Source: Squalus acanthias
Lineage: Eukaryota
Assembly: GCA_030390025.1 (NCBI GenBank)
Contig: CM059425.1
Coordinates: 96,908,001 to 96,972,000 of the forward strand
DNA length: 64,000 nucleotides
Direction: 5' to 3'
Part shown: in pieces, positions 40,114 to 52,200 of the stretch
Position numbering within the stretch: the first letter of the stretch is position 1
Layout of the letters: each line of letters starts with the position of its first letter
Position numbers and translations under genes: made by a program
Notes under the pieces: generated by a model
Told to the model about the DNA's origin: nothing
The model's database searches: none
Seen by the model: only the letters and a program-made list of their open reading frames with translations

Positions 40114-40431
40114 AGATGTGGAGAAAAATGGAAATCTAGTCAGTGTCCAGTCCTTAAAGATATTCATATTAAAAAGGCACTAGATGATCTTGGTTTATAG
40201 AACATGAGCTTCTGGATGGCAGACATTTTGAACCACACATTGTCCAGATTAAAATCAAAATTATGGAGATCAGATGTTCCTGTGGCTCATGTGATATGGA
40301 TGTCACAGAAAAATCAGCCACCTGTGTTACAGAATTAAGTTGGAAAAGCATAAACAATTATTTCAAGAGATAACACAAGAAAACAAAGTTGCATTTTTGG
40401 CTTTGTGATAGATGTCATACGAAATGATGAA

Positions 40432-40586
40432 GTCCTTGACACTGAACATGAGAGAAATGTCTAGACAACCATTACTGGGCTTTCCACAAAATTACTATAA
40501 AATTGGATATTCAGGCAGTATTATAGCAATTTTGTGGAAAGCCTAATAATTTTCTGGACAATTCTCTCGTGTTCAGTGTCCAGGAC
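40432..40586. repeat. Imperfect inverted repeat, arms about 67 bp with about 20-nt spacer
   Basis: GTCCTTGACACTGAACATGAGAGAA...GGCTTTCCACAAAATTACTATAA pairs with TTATAGCAATTTTGTGGAAAGCC...TTCTCTCGTGTTCAGTGTCCAGGAC. Confidence 0.85.
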
Positions 40587-41394
40587 CACGACTGAAAGCC
40601 AGCCCTTATTCCCACAAAGCAGTATGACTTTATATACACAACTCTGGTTATGTAGCGTAGCCCAGGGTTGAACAAACCACTCTTATTACTGTACTTTTCT
40701 TTTGGAAATGGCAGAGTCCTGTCATGTTCGTCCAGCTTTCAGATAACAAAGAATGTTGAACGTAGATTTTACTTGATCATGGATCATTTTACATGCCCTG
40801 CTACAAAAATAAGCAACACTTCACGAAATCTCCTAATAATACCAAATCCAGACCAATGTCCATATCACAAGATGAGAGATTTTGTCAACCCTCAGGAGCT
40901 TTTGCTTGCTTACGTCTACATAGACTGTAGTGAAGAACTGGCAGAAAGCTGCCAAATACATCTCTGCCTGGTCAAGGAGCTGTTAAATCAACCCCTATCC
41001 CCAGAGACAGTATGTGGACATCCCCCATCAAGAGAACCAGGTTACTCGAGTTCAAGGCAGGCATTCGGGAATGCTCATCAACAAAAGCCTACAATGGGGC
41101 CTGGCTGGCTTTTGTGCAGAACAAAGGCTGCCTCTTTAAAAACCAGCCATTAGGAATAACAATATGCATCACCAGCGCCCAGGCATAAAAACGCAATCAA
41201 AACAGTTAGTGATCGAGCTGGTACAAAAACAGACCTACGGGATCGCCATTCACACAAGGAATGTGGATTCCCTGCTAATCTAGTTACCTAGCCTGCCTCA
41301 TGCAAAAAAAGTTACTACCAAAATCGCATAAATAGATGATAAAATACAAATCTTTCTATCCATTACAACTCCATCTAGACGCTTTCAATATTTA

Positions 41395-44300
41395 ATAGGA
41401 AGGTGGTTGTAGTAGGTGACAGTATAGTTAGGGGGATAGACAGCCAGGAGCGTGAGTCTCGAAGGCTATGTTGCCTACCCCGGTGCCAGGGTAAAGGACA
41501 TCTCCTCTGGGCTGGAGAAAACTTGGAGTGGGAGGGGGAGGATCCAGTTGTCGTGGTCCACGTAGGTACCAATGACATAGGTAGGACAAAGAAAGAGGTT
41601 CTGCTGAGAGAGTTTGAGCAGCTAGGGACTAAATTAAAAAGCAGAACCACAAAGGTCATAATCTCTGGATTATTACCGGAGCCTCGAGCAAATTGGCATA
41701 GGGTCAACAGGATCAGGGAAATGAATGCCTAGCTCAAAGATTGGTGTGGGAGAAGTGGGTTTCGATTCGTGGGACACTGGCACCAGTACTGGGGAAAGAG
41801 AGAGCTGTTCCATTGGGACGGACTACACCTGAACCATGCTGGGACCAGAGTTCTAGCGAATCGAATAACTAGGGAGGTAGATAGAGCTTTAAACTAAATA
41901 AGGGAGGGGGAGGGTCCCGGTGGAGAGAAATCTAGAATGCTAAAGAGAAAAGACAGGGAAAGTGATTGGGGTAAGGATAACCAGATTGTGTCAAGAAGGG
42001 ACAGAGCATACAAACAAAGGAGTGCACAAACAAATAGGGTCTGGGTAAGAAAAAATGGTAATAAGACAAATAGGACCATAGTACTGAAAAATGTTAAGAT
42101 GTCTAAAAATGTTAAAAAGACAAATCTAAAGGTACTGTATCTGAATGCACGAAGCATTCATAATAAGGTAGACAAATTAACAGCACAAATAGATGTAAAC
42201 GGACATGATATAATTGCGATTACGGAGACATGGCTGCAGGGTGACCAAGGCTGGGAGCTGAATATCCAAGGATATTCGAGATTTAGGAAGGACAGGCGAA
42301 AAGGAAAAGGAGGTGGGGTGGCCTTGTTAGTAAAGGATGAAATCAGAGCAATAGTGAGAAAGGATATTGGCTCAGAAAATCAAGATGTAGAATCAGTCTG
42401 GGTGGAGCTAAGAAGGACCAAGGGGCTGAAAACATTGGTGGGAGTTGGCTATAGGCCTCCAAACAGTAGTGGTAATGTAGGGGATGGCATCAAACAGGAA
42501 ATTAGAGATGCATGTAACAAGGGTACTACAGTAATCATGGGTGACTTTAATCTACATATAGACTGGTCAAACCAAATTAGCAATAATACTGTGGAGGATG
42601 AATTCCTGGAGTGTGTACGAGATGGATTTTTAGACCAATACATTCAGGAGCCAACTAGGGAACAGATTGGGTATTGTGCAATGAGAAGGGGTTAATTAAT
42701 AATCTTGTTGTGCGGGGTCCTTTAGGGAAGAGTGACCATAACACGACAGAATTCTTCATTAAAATGGAAAGTGAAGAAGTCCAATCCGAAACTAGGTTCC
42801 TAAATCTAAACAAAGGAAACTACAAAGGTATGAGGAGTGAGTTGGCTATGATAGATTGGGGAGCATCATTAAAAGGCATGACGGTGGATAGGCAATGGCT
42901 AACATTTAAGGAACGAATGCATGAATTGCAACAGTTATACCTTCCTTTCTGGCGCAAAAACACAAAAGGAAAAGCGGCCCAACTATGGCTAACAAAAGAA
43001 ATTAAGGATAGTATTAGATCCAAAGAGGAGTCATATAAAGTTGCCAGAAAAAGTAGCAAGCCTGAGGATTGAGAGCAGTTTAGAGTTCAGCAAAAAAGGA
43101 CCAAGAGATTGATTAAGAGGGGAAAAAGAGAGTATGAGAGTAAACTTGCAAGGAACATAAAAGTGGATTGTAAAAGCTTCTACAAGTATGTAAAAAGAAA
43201 AAGATTAGTGAAGACAAATGTAGGTCCCTTACAGTCAGAAATGGGAGAATTTATAATGGGGGACAAGGAAATGGCAGAGCAATTAAACAAATACTTTGGT
43301 TCTGTCTTCACGGAAGAGGACACAAATAACTTCCCAGAAATGCTAGGGAACCAAGGGTCTAGTGAGAAGGAGGAATTAAAGGAAATTAGTAGTAGTAAAA
43401 AAAGAGTGCTGGAGAAATTAATGGGACTGAAAGCTGATGAATCCCCATGGCCTGATAATCTGCATCCCAGAGTACTAAAAGAGGTAGCCATGGAAATAGT
43501 GGATGCATTGGTTGTCATCTTCCAAAATTCTATAGATTATGGAACAGTTCCTACAGATTGGAAGGCGGCAAATGTAACCCCACTATTTAAAAAAGGAGGG
43601 AGAGAGAAAACAGGGAACTACAGACTGGTTAGCCTAACATCAGTAGTAGGAAAAATGCTAGAGTCTATTATAAAGGATGTGATAACTGGACACTTAGAAA
43701 ATATCAACAGGATTAGACAAAGTCAACATGGATTTATGAAAAGGAAATCGTGTTTGACAAACCTACTGGAGTTTTTTGAGGATGTAACTGATAGAATAGA
43801 TAAGGGAGAACCAGTGGATGTGGCGTATTTGGATTTTCAGAAGGCCTTTGATAAAGTCCCACATAAGAGGTTAGTGTGCAAAATTAAAGCACATGGGATT
43901 GGGGGTAATATACTGGCATGGATTGAAAATTGGTTAACAGACAGGAAACAGAGAGTAGGAATAAATGGGTCTTTTTCGGGGTGGCAGGCGGTGACTAGTG
44001 GGGTACCACAGGGATCAGTGCTTGGGCCCCAGCTTTTCACAATATATATCAATGATTTGGATGAAGGAACCAAATGTAATATTTCCAAGTTTGCTGACGA
44101 CGCAAAACTAGATGGGATTGTGAGTTGTGAGGTGGATGCAAAGAGGCTTCAAGGCGATTTAGACAAGTTGAGTGAGTTGGCAAATACATGGCAGATGCAG
44201 TATAACGTGGATAAATGTGAAGTTATCCACTTCGGTCGGAAAAACAGAAAGGTAGAGTATTATATAAATGGTGCTAGATTGGGAAATGCTGATGTACAAA

Positions 44301-45022
44301 GGGACCTGGGTGTCCTTGTACACCAGTCACTGAAAGCAAACATGGAGGTGCAGCAAGCAGTTAGGAAGGCAAATGGTATATTGGCCTTCATTGCAAGAGG
44401 ATTTGAGTACAGGAGCAAGGATGTCTTACTACAGTTGTACAGGGCCTTGGTGAGACCACACCTGGAGTACTGTGTGCAGTTTTGGTCTCCTTACCGAAGA
44501 AAGGATATACTTGCCATTGAGGGAGTGCAGCGAAGGTTCACCAGATTGATTCCTGGGATGGCAGGACTGTCGTATGAGGAGAGATTGGGTCGACTAGGCC
44601 TGTATTCACTAGAGTTTAGAAGAATGAGAGGGGATCTCATTGAAACGTATAAAATTCTGACAGGGCTAGACAGACTGGATGCAGGGAGGATGTTTCCCCT
44701 GGCTGGGGGGCCTAGAACAAGGGGTCACAGTCTCAGGATACGGGTAGGACATTTAGGACTGAGATGAGGAGAAATTTCTTCACTCAGAGGGTGGTGAACC
44801 TGTGGAATTCTCTACCACAGAAGGCTGTGGAGGCAAAGTCACTGAATATATTTAAGAAGCAGATAGATAGATTTCTAGACACAAAAGGCTTCAAGGGGTA
44901 TGGGGAGAGAACGGGAATATGGTATTGAGATAGAGAATCAGCCATGATCATATTGAATGGCGGAGCAGGCTCGAAGGGCCGAATGGCCTACTCCTGCTCC
45001 TATTTTTCTATGTTTCTATGTT
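41395..45022 (+). mobile_element. Near full-length CR1 LINE: ORF1 esterase (SGNH/GDSL-like) domain plus disrupted ORF2 (APE, RT)
   Basis: ORF1 remnant VVVGDSIVRG...VHVGTND. ORF2 pieces 41937-42695 (YLNARSI, IAITETW, GDFN), 42674-43072 and 43109-44767. (TTCTATGT)n tail. Confidence 0.95.
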
Positions 45023-45217
45023 AATGCTCCATCTACACTAAAGGGGTTAAATTGGATAGGACCCGCAAACGGATTAACCCGCACCCATTCACTGCATTGC
45101 AGGCAGCACAGTAAATTCTATGTTGCCCGATTGCTGTGTGCAGCCAGTGCTACCTGTGGCTGCAGGAAGTGGTGGGAGTCGTTTCAGAAGTGAATCTATC
45201 CTGTGAAAGAGTGAAGA

Positions 45218-47320
45218 ATGGCTGACCATGCGAGACAGCGTGCACCAAGGTTTTCAGACACTGCACTGGAGGTCTTGGTGAAAGAGGTGGAAAGGAGGAG
45301 AGATGGCCTGTATCCACAGGGCGGCATGAGGCCCTCGAGACACATGCTCAGGAGGCAGTGGGAGGAAGTAGCGGCAGAGGTCAACGCCAGCAGTGTTGCT
45401 CCTAGAACCTGGATGCAGTGCAGGAAGAAGTTCAATGATCTCACACGAGTTATCAAGGTCAGTGGGTTCATCTTCAAATGGCATATCTTACCACTGCACC
45501 ATGAGCCTCATCCACTGCTCAATTCACTGAACCCCCATCACTCACCTACCAAAAATCTCATCAATCAGGACTCAACCTGGTGGGTGGATGCTGGGAGAAT
45601 GGTTCCCTTGGCTGGGGAGTCTAGAACCAGGGGCCACAGCCTCAGGATAAAGGGTAGGCCATTCAGGACTGAGATGAGGAGAAATTTCTTCACAGAGGTT
45701 GGTGAATCTTTGGAATTCTCTACCCCAGAGGGCTGTGGAGGCTCAGTCATTGGGTATATTCAAAACAGAAGTCGATAGATTTCTGACTAGTAAGGGCATC
45801 AAGGGATATGGTGATAGGGCCGGTGAATGGAGTTGAGGCAGAAGATCAGCCATGATCTCATTGAATGGCGGAGCAGGTTCGAAGGGCCGAATGGCCTACT
45901 CCTGCTCCTATTTCTTATGTTCTAACCATATCATTCATATGTTTTACCTCACCCACACACATTTAGCACTGTGGCAAGCCTAGCACCCACAACTCACCGC
46001 TTGCACACACTGGCAGCTATTCAACCATGACAGCCACATCACCCAAACATATTGCAGGACACTCACTGACACACCTCCCTCTTTCTCACAGTAGAAGGTG
46101 GCACATAACAGGAGGCAGCAGAAATAAACTGGAGGAGGACAAGCGCGCCTGCATGTGTTAACCCTCATGGAGGAGGCAGTGCTGGCCATCACGAGAAGGG
46201 GCATCACTGAGGCCGCGGCCACTGGCGGGGCTGAAGCAATCGATAATCAGGGTAAAAGCAGACCTAATTCTCCTCCTCTCATCCCACTTCTCCCTCATTG
46301 TTCAATCTCTTCTGACTGAGAAGCTGCAAAGTGTGTAAGCACATACTACTTACTTTCTCCTCTCCCCTCACCACAAAACAACACTTGTCCCTTTTTTCAT
46401 TTCAGATACCCAAGAACTGGAACTTGCCAGTCAGTGGAGGAAGATGAAGAAGAAAGTGAAGGCGAACAGACACTGTCACTCGATCTTACAGTCGCAGCCA
46501 TCAACTGAGATACTGATATTCCACGTATTTTCGAGGCTAGGATAGAAGAGGGATCTGCACATGGTAAGACACCGGGCACAAGTGTGCAGGAGCCAGGATG
46601 GTGGGGAAAGGATAGCGTAGGTGCCAGCTCATCAGAGGGCTGGGCCACATACTAGTTCTGCTGCAGAGGACTCAGGTGAGGACTTTGATGGCCCAGGCTA
46701 CAGAAGGCTGATGGGTGTGCACAACCAAATGCTTGGTGCACTGGAAAGCCTGCGCACAATGTCAAGGAACATGGCACCTACTTGACACAGGGCTTTGCGC
46801 AGAGCTGGAGCCCATCCTTTCCAACATGGAACGGGTGGTCACCTCCATCGCCTATGTAACCCACCATGATGCAGCGTCTGATGGCCAACATCACAGCTTG
46901 TATTGCAGCACAAACAGCTTCCATCATGGGTCTGAGTGCTGCAGTGGAAGCTCAGACTGCTGCCATACAAATTCAGACTACTGCCCTCATGGCTCTGGAG
47001 ACCACTGTTCAAAGGGGCTTTTAGGGCATCACACCAGTCCATCAATTTGTTCTCCAATAGATCAGTAGGATTGGTGATGCACCGCCCTGGGAGAGAGGCA
47101 GTGGCTCCATGGAGCACGTAACTGCTTTGCTCTCTCAGGATGACAGCATTCAGACTGGTGCAGTCTGAAGCTGGGCCTTCTCGGATCAGTGCTGCTCAAG
47201 GTCAACCTCCAAGGCCATCTGCAGTCTACTTAATTGAAGGTCAGCAGCTATGCTGCAGCCACTGAGGAAGTACCTCGTAGGAGCACTAGGAAAGGCAAAG
47301 GCACATGGAAGACAGCCACT
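45218..47320 (+). pseudogene. Harbinger Myb/SANT-like DNA-binding protein, three exons (45218-45457, 46092-46251, 46406-about 47320)
   Basis: RAPRFSDTALEVLV...WEEVAAEVNA...RTWMQCRKKFNDL, then donor AAG|GTCAGT. Exon 2 has KVAHNRR..TGGG with stops. Exon 3 is acidic and frameshifted, and its end is approximate. Confidence 0.8.
45578..45925 (+). mobile_element. CR1 3' fragment nested in intron 1 of the Harbinger Myb/SANT gene
   Basis: DAGRMVPLAGESRTRGHSLRIKGRPFRTEMRRNFFT, followed by the CR1 stem-loop and tail. Confidence 0.92.
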
Positions 47321-47399
47321 AAGGGAATGCACAAGGGTGATGTGTTTATTTTTGCTTGTAGAATGTAATGATTGCTGTTGCACTTCCTCCTCCTCCTCC

Positions 47400-48030
47400 T
47401 CCTCCACTTCTCACCTGATAGGTGGTGGCAAGGGTTGTTCCCTCATAATAGCCAGGTTGTGCAGCAGCATACTACCGCAAATCTTGATACCTGCTCAGCT
47501 GAGCACTGCACGGCTCCTCCAGAGAGGTCCAGGCAGCAGAAGCGTTGCTTGAGGATGCCGATGGTGTACTATCCTTGTGGCAGCATGGCTCTAATTGTAG
47601 GCCTGCTGTGCACGTGTGCATGGATTCTGGAATGGAATCATGAGCTATGCCATGAGTGGCTAACCCTTGTCGCCCAGTAGCTAGCCTTTGACTTGCTGTG
47701 GTGATTCAAATACAGGTGGTACAGGTGCCGCACAATGAAGGAGTTGCGACTACTGCCAGGATATCGGGCATTCACCTGCCTGTGGTCGCCATCAGCTGCA
47801 CACTGAAGGAGTGGAATCCCTTCCGGTTCATGAAAATGGCAGAGCTCACGAGGCGCACATAAGGCAATGTGTGTGCAGTCAGTGGCACCCTGCACCATGG
47901 GGAAGCCTGCAATCCATGCAAACCCGCGTGCTCACTCCACCTGCTTGTCTCTGGTAAGAGGGAATGAAATGAAGATGTCTCTATGTGTAAAGAGAGCCTC
48001 AGTGACCTCCCTTATGCAGCAGTGTACTTT
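47400..48030 (-). pseudogene. HARBI1-like DDE transposase remnant, N-terminus missing
   Basis: AGFPMVQGATDCTHIAL, NRKGFHS, NARYPGS and LLGDKG motifs across broken frames. Confidence 0.85.
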
Positions 48031-48340
48031 ACAAAAAAGCAGGTGCTGCAGAGCCCAATCTAGCCCCCCCAAGTCTTCACTTATGAGTCCAATTAATTTT
48101 TCACCCATCGATAACAAGAATTTTTATTTTTAGATGATTTTTTCTAAATGAGCAGTTATGAAATACAACACTGAAGATTTGTAACTGGACCATTTAGTAA
48201 CCTGGAAATGGACATAGTTTATGTGCATGTCCACAGGCTGTTTTTATGGTTAACTTACATTGTTGGGGTAGAGCAGACAGAAGTTTACTCTGAATCTACC
48301 CATGCCAACCCAAACCTAGGGTGCTAGATAGTGACACTAA

Positions 48341-48805
48341 GGGCTCCATTTTAATTTCTCCCCTCCCATCCGCCAAAACCAGCTGGCAGGAACCAGACCG
48401 GGGGCAGTTAAAATGGAGCTAGATACTAACCCACTCCTTTGCTGCCCAGTCTGGCCGACAGTAATTTTAAATTGCAGGCAGCAAGGACACCCACCCCAAG
48501 CTGGCGAGGACCTCTTTAAATATGCAGATCAGGCTCTGATGATGTAATTGGGACCCACTCTGCAGAGCAGTGGTGTCTTCCGCGCCAAGCAAAACCTGCC
48601 AGGAACAGCAGCCAGAGCCAGAAGAGACCCAGCAAAGTAAGTTTAAAAAAAAATGTTTCCTTGTGGGCCAAGAGGAGCAGGAGTGCTCGTCTGTTCCCAA
48701 GGAAACCTTGGGCTTCCCCTAACCCGGGCTACCGCTCCCCCGACCGGGATTCCCAATATCCGTTAAAATTAGCCGCGTTCCCGCCTACGAGTTAAAATCA
48801 AGCCC
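48341..48805. mobile_element. Harbinger-like MITE
   Basis: TIRs GGGCTCCATTTTAA / TTAAAATCAAGCCC, flanks TAA/CAA. Confidence 0.6.
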
Positions 48806-48934
48806 CAAATTTGAGTATTAAAAATGTTCCAGGACGAACATCTTTTCAAGGAGCACAGACTTCACCAAAAATAAATTCATTACTTGAAATCATTCAGACT
48901 GCAAAGTAAATGGATTAAGCAAAAAGTGTATAAT

Positions 48935-49096
48935 TTTTAATTCATTCTCTGGGTGTGGGCGTTCCTGGCAAGGCCATCCCATCCCTAGTTGCCTGAGAAG
49001 GTGGTGGTGGGCCTTCTTCTTCAACCGCTGCTATCAGTTTGATACAACGGAGAGCTTGCTAGGCCTCTTCAGAGGGCAGTTAAGAGCCAATCACAT
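48935..49096 (-). mobile_element. Short bipartite SINE-like derivative of the tRNA-headed LINE family
   Basis: The reverse complement joins CTCTTAACTGCCCTCTGAAGAGGCCTAGCAAGC (5' body) to CACCACCACCTTCTCAGGCAACTAGGGATGGG (3' end). Confidence 0.7.
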
Positions 49097-50790
49097 AATT
49101 CCCAGTCACTTCTGTAGCACTTGAGTTAATACAGTTTACCTCTATATTATAGTTTTAACTGCAGTTAGTGTTTGTGTAAACTACAGCAACAGGAAAATAG
49201 GAGGAAAAGGCACTTAAATACATTTTCTCAAACCAAGAGGACTAGAAACTCAATATTCAATTAGTTTGGCCTACATTACCTCTATACAGGAGTCAGCCAA
49301 CTTCGTCCACTGAAATTCAGTTTCAATTTTATTCTTTTACAGACAGTCTCAGAAATACTTTCATTATAGCTGGAAGGTCTGGCAGTTCTAAGTAGTGTTT
49401 GGATTCTGTTTACATTTGTTTCAAAGCTGATTATCTCATTACTTCTTCCAAGAGTCCTGAGGCCATCTGGAATTATTTTTACAAGACTACAATGTACTTT
49501 AGGGGGCTGAATGGGAGGGAAAGCTTAATCAACTTTATGTATAAATTAATAACTTTATTTTCAAGATTCACCTAGGAGGAGAGCAAGTAAATTAGGACTT
49601 TGTACCCTTGTAAGAGAATAAAACAGTAGTTATGTCACAAAGCAGGATGTTCAACCATTTTGCTGTGGAAGATCTGGGTATGATTTATATTGAAGTGCTA
49701 CTTTTAAGTTAAATTGAGCTCACAAGGGTTTAAAAATTCCCGGTGCAGCAAGAGTGAGAGGAGATTTATATTGAAAACAGACAGGCCAGTCTGTGCAATG
49801 CTGCCTATCTTACGATTAAACAATAAGCATTGTCAAATTTTAAGTTCATTGTGTTGGGATAATCCTATTCATTTTGGAAACAGGAGTAAGTTACCAGAGG
49901 CCTCCCCTTCAGGAAGCAGTAGTTGGTTTGATTGGCAGTCCTACAGGCCAACCCCTGGACAGGAAAGGGGTCAGAGGCCAAGCCCTCAATTTGCTCTCCA
50001 GAGAGGGACCAACAGAACAAGGAAATATATTCTGGGTCAGTAGGCAAGTTCTGCAGAGAGGGAGAGCAGTAGGGCCTAGGCCAGACTATCTTAAGAGACC
50101 TGACCAAGAGCAAGCCTTAGTCCGTTTCAGTAACAGGGCTGACCAAAAGAAAGCATTACTAACCGGAACAATGTGGCAGTTTATTTTTACTTTATTACAG
50201 AGGGGAACTGAAATCAAGTTTAAGGTAAACTTGGCTATAACTACTACTCTGTATTTTCACTTGTTAACTGTAAAATAAAGCTGCTAAAACAATTTGTATC
50301 TGGTCTCAACTCTCGAAAGTTATTGGTCCAGAAATCCAGGGCACCCATTTTTAGAAGCACATGGCAGGCGCAGGGCTCATTCCCTGCTCCTGAATGGGAA
50401 AGCCCAAGTCTCCCCAGATAATGCCGGCAAGGAGTTAGGGTAATATCGGGCCACTGCTAGTGTTGCAACAGCCCTCAGGTTAAGTGGGTCCAAGGATCAG
50501 GGCTGGGGGTCTGGGAATCACAGGGACCGATCGGGGGGATGGGAGATGTTGTAGAGCAGAAAGTCCAATCAGGCGTCAGGAGAGGAGACTGGGTGGGACG
50601 CACAGGAGGTAGGTAGAGGAGGCAGGGGGTCCGGGAGCGGGAGAGGAGGCCGAGGCAATTGAGGGTAGAGATGCTGCCTGACCTGCTGAGTATCTCCTCT
50701 CACTCTTGCTGCACTGGGAATTTTTAAACCCTTGAGAGCTCAATTTAACTTAAAAGTAACACTTCAATATAAAGCATAACAAGATCGACC

Positions 50791-51752
50791 CTCCATCCCG
50801 TAGGGACCGCTCCCTCCGCGCAGCATTCCGTAGGGACCGCTCCCTCCGCGCAGCATTCCAAAGGGATCGCTCCCTCCGCGATACCCTGGTCCACCCCTCT
50901 ATCACCCCCAACACCTCGTCTCCTTCGCCCGGCAGCTTCCCGTGCAAGCGCAGGAGATGCAACACATGCCCTTTTACCTCCTCCCTTCCCACTGTCCAGG
51001 GCCCCAAACACTCCTTCCAGGTAAAACAGCGATTTACTTGTATTTCTTGCAATTTAGTATACTGTATTCGCTGCTCATGATGCGGTCTCCTCTACATTGG
51101 GGAGACCAAACGTAGATTGGGTGACCGCTTTGCGGAACACCTCCGTTCAGTCCGTAAGGGTGACCCCGAGCTTCCGGACGCCTGTCACTTTAATTCGTCG
51201 CTCCACTCCCACTCGGACCTCACCGTCCTCGGCCTCTTACACTGTTCCAATGAAGATAAACGTAAGCTTGAGGAACAGCGCCTCATCTTTCGATTAGGCA
51301 CTTTACAGCCTCCTGGACTCAACATAGAGTTCAACAATTTCAGACCATAACCTTTGCCCCTATCTTTTTTTCCATTTATTTTTTTTCTCTCTCACATGGC
51401 AGCTGTCTTTCTTTCTGCCATTTACACTTCATCTCGAGCCATCTTTTGTTTCTTAACTTGTCCCATTACCATCTCCTTTTGCCTTGTACCATCATTCCTT
51501 ATATCTCTTAACCTCTCCTGCCTTCCATCCTATCACAGACCTTCCTTTTGTTCTTTCCTCCCCTCCCCCCTTTCTCTGCCCCTGCACTTGCTTTAAAAAC
51601 CTGTTCCATCTCCAGCTTTTTCCAGTTCTGACGAAGGGTCATCGACCTGAAACGTTAATGAGTTTCTCTCTCCACAGATGCTGCTGAGTATTTCCAGCAT
51701 TTTCTGGTTTTATTTCAGATTTCCAGCATCCGCAGTATTTTGCTTTTGTGTT
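50791..51752 (+). mobile_element. Penelope-like element 3' fragment (GIY-YIG endonuclease plus terminal region)
   Basis: FTCISCNLVYCIRCS*CGLLYIGETKRRLGDRFAEH...LGTLQPPGLN ending TAA at 51350. Pyrimidine-rich 3' region with hammerhead motif. Confidence 0.9.
51622..51662 (+). ncRNA. Minimal type I hammerhead ribozyme motif
   Basis: CTGACGA core (51628-51634), stem II AGG(G)TC/GACCT, then GAAA-CG-TT with palindromic AACGTT. Confidence 0.7.
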
Positions 51753-51964
51753 GTGTAAGGCCCTGTATACCCATTGGGCCTCCTGCTGGGACGACCGCCA
51801 CGAAAACGGCCTTGCACGTTAAGTTTAGCTCTGGGCTAATGTTAATTCGCAACCAGCGCCAATATCCCGGTCCTGCCAGCGCCATTATTTTTGGCGGCCG
51901 TTAACTCCAGCCTGCGGTGGCACCAGCAGGTTTTTAGCACTCTCCAACTTCTAGGTCAATGTCT

Positions 51965-52200
51965 CAAAGTTTCTCCACCACTGACGTAATTGCCGGGTTT
52001 ACCCCTCTCCCCTTTTTTGAACAGGACTAACATTTGCAATCCTTCAGTCCCATATCCAAGGAGGATTGGAAGATTATGGCCAGAGCCTCCACAATTTCCA
52101 TCCTTATTTCCCTCAGCAACCTAGAGTGCATTCCATCTGGACCAGGTGACTTTTCTACTTTGAGTGCTGCCAACCTTTTATGTACCTCCTCTTTATCTAT
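51965..52200 (-). mobile_element. Degenerate internal CR1 ORF2 fragment
   Basis: The reverse complement gives KVEKSPGPDGMHSRLLREI and LFKKGERGKPGNY. Confidence 0.75.

Larger units (their letters stand above)
45042..48069. mobile_element. Decayed PIF/Harbinger DNA transposon with convergent Myb/SANT and nuclease genes
   Basis: TIRs GGGGTTAAATTGG / CCAATCTAGCCCC, putative TSD TAA/CAA, and two characteristic gene remnants. Confidence 0.85.
50325..51957. mobile_element. Possible GC-rich Harbinger-like element interrupted by the Penelope insertion
   Basis: Weak TIRs GGTCCAGAAAT / ACTTCTAGGTC, right flank AAT-GTCTC, GC-rich interior. Confidence 0.35.

Noticed and set aside
45218..45778. Myb/SANT-RT fusion protein of 186 aa
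   Set aside because: Read-through past the splice donor at 45458 into intron and a nested CR1 fragment.
49664..50320. Possible solo LTR (TG start, AATAAA near 50274)
   Set aside because: No second LTR, primer-binding site, clear CA end or TSD could be identified.
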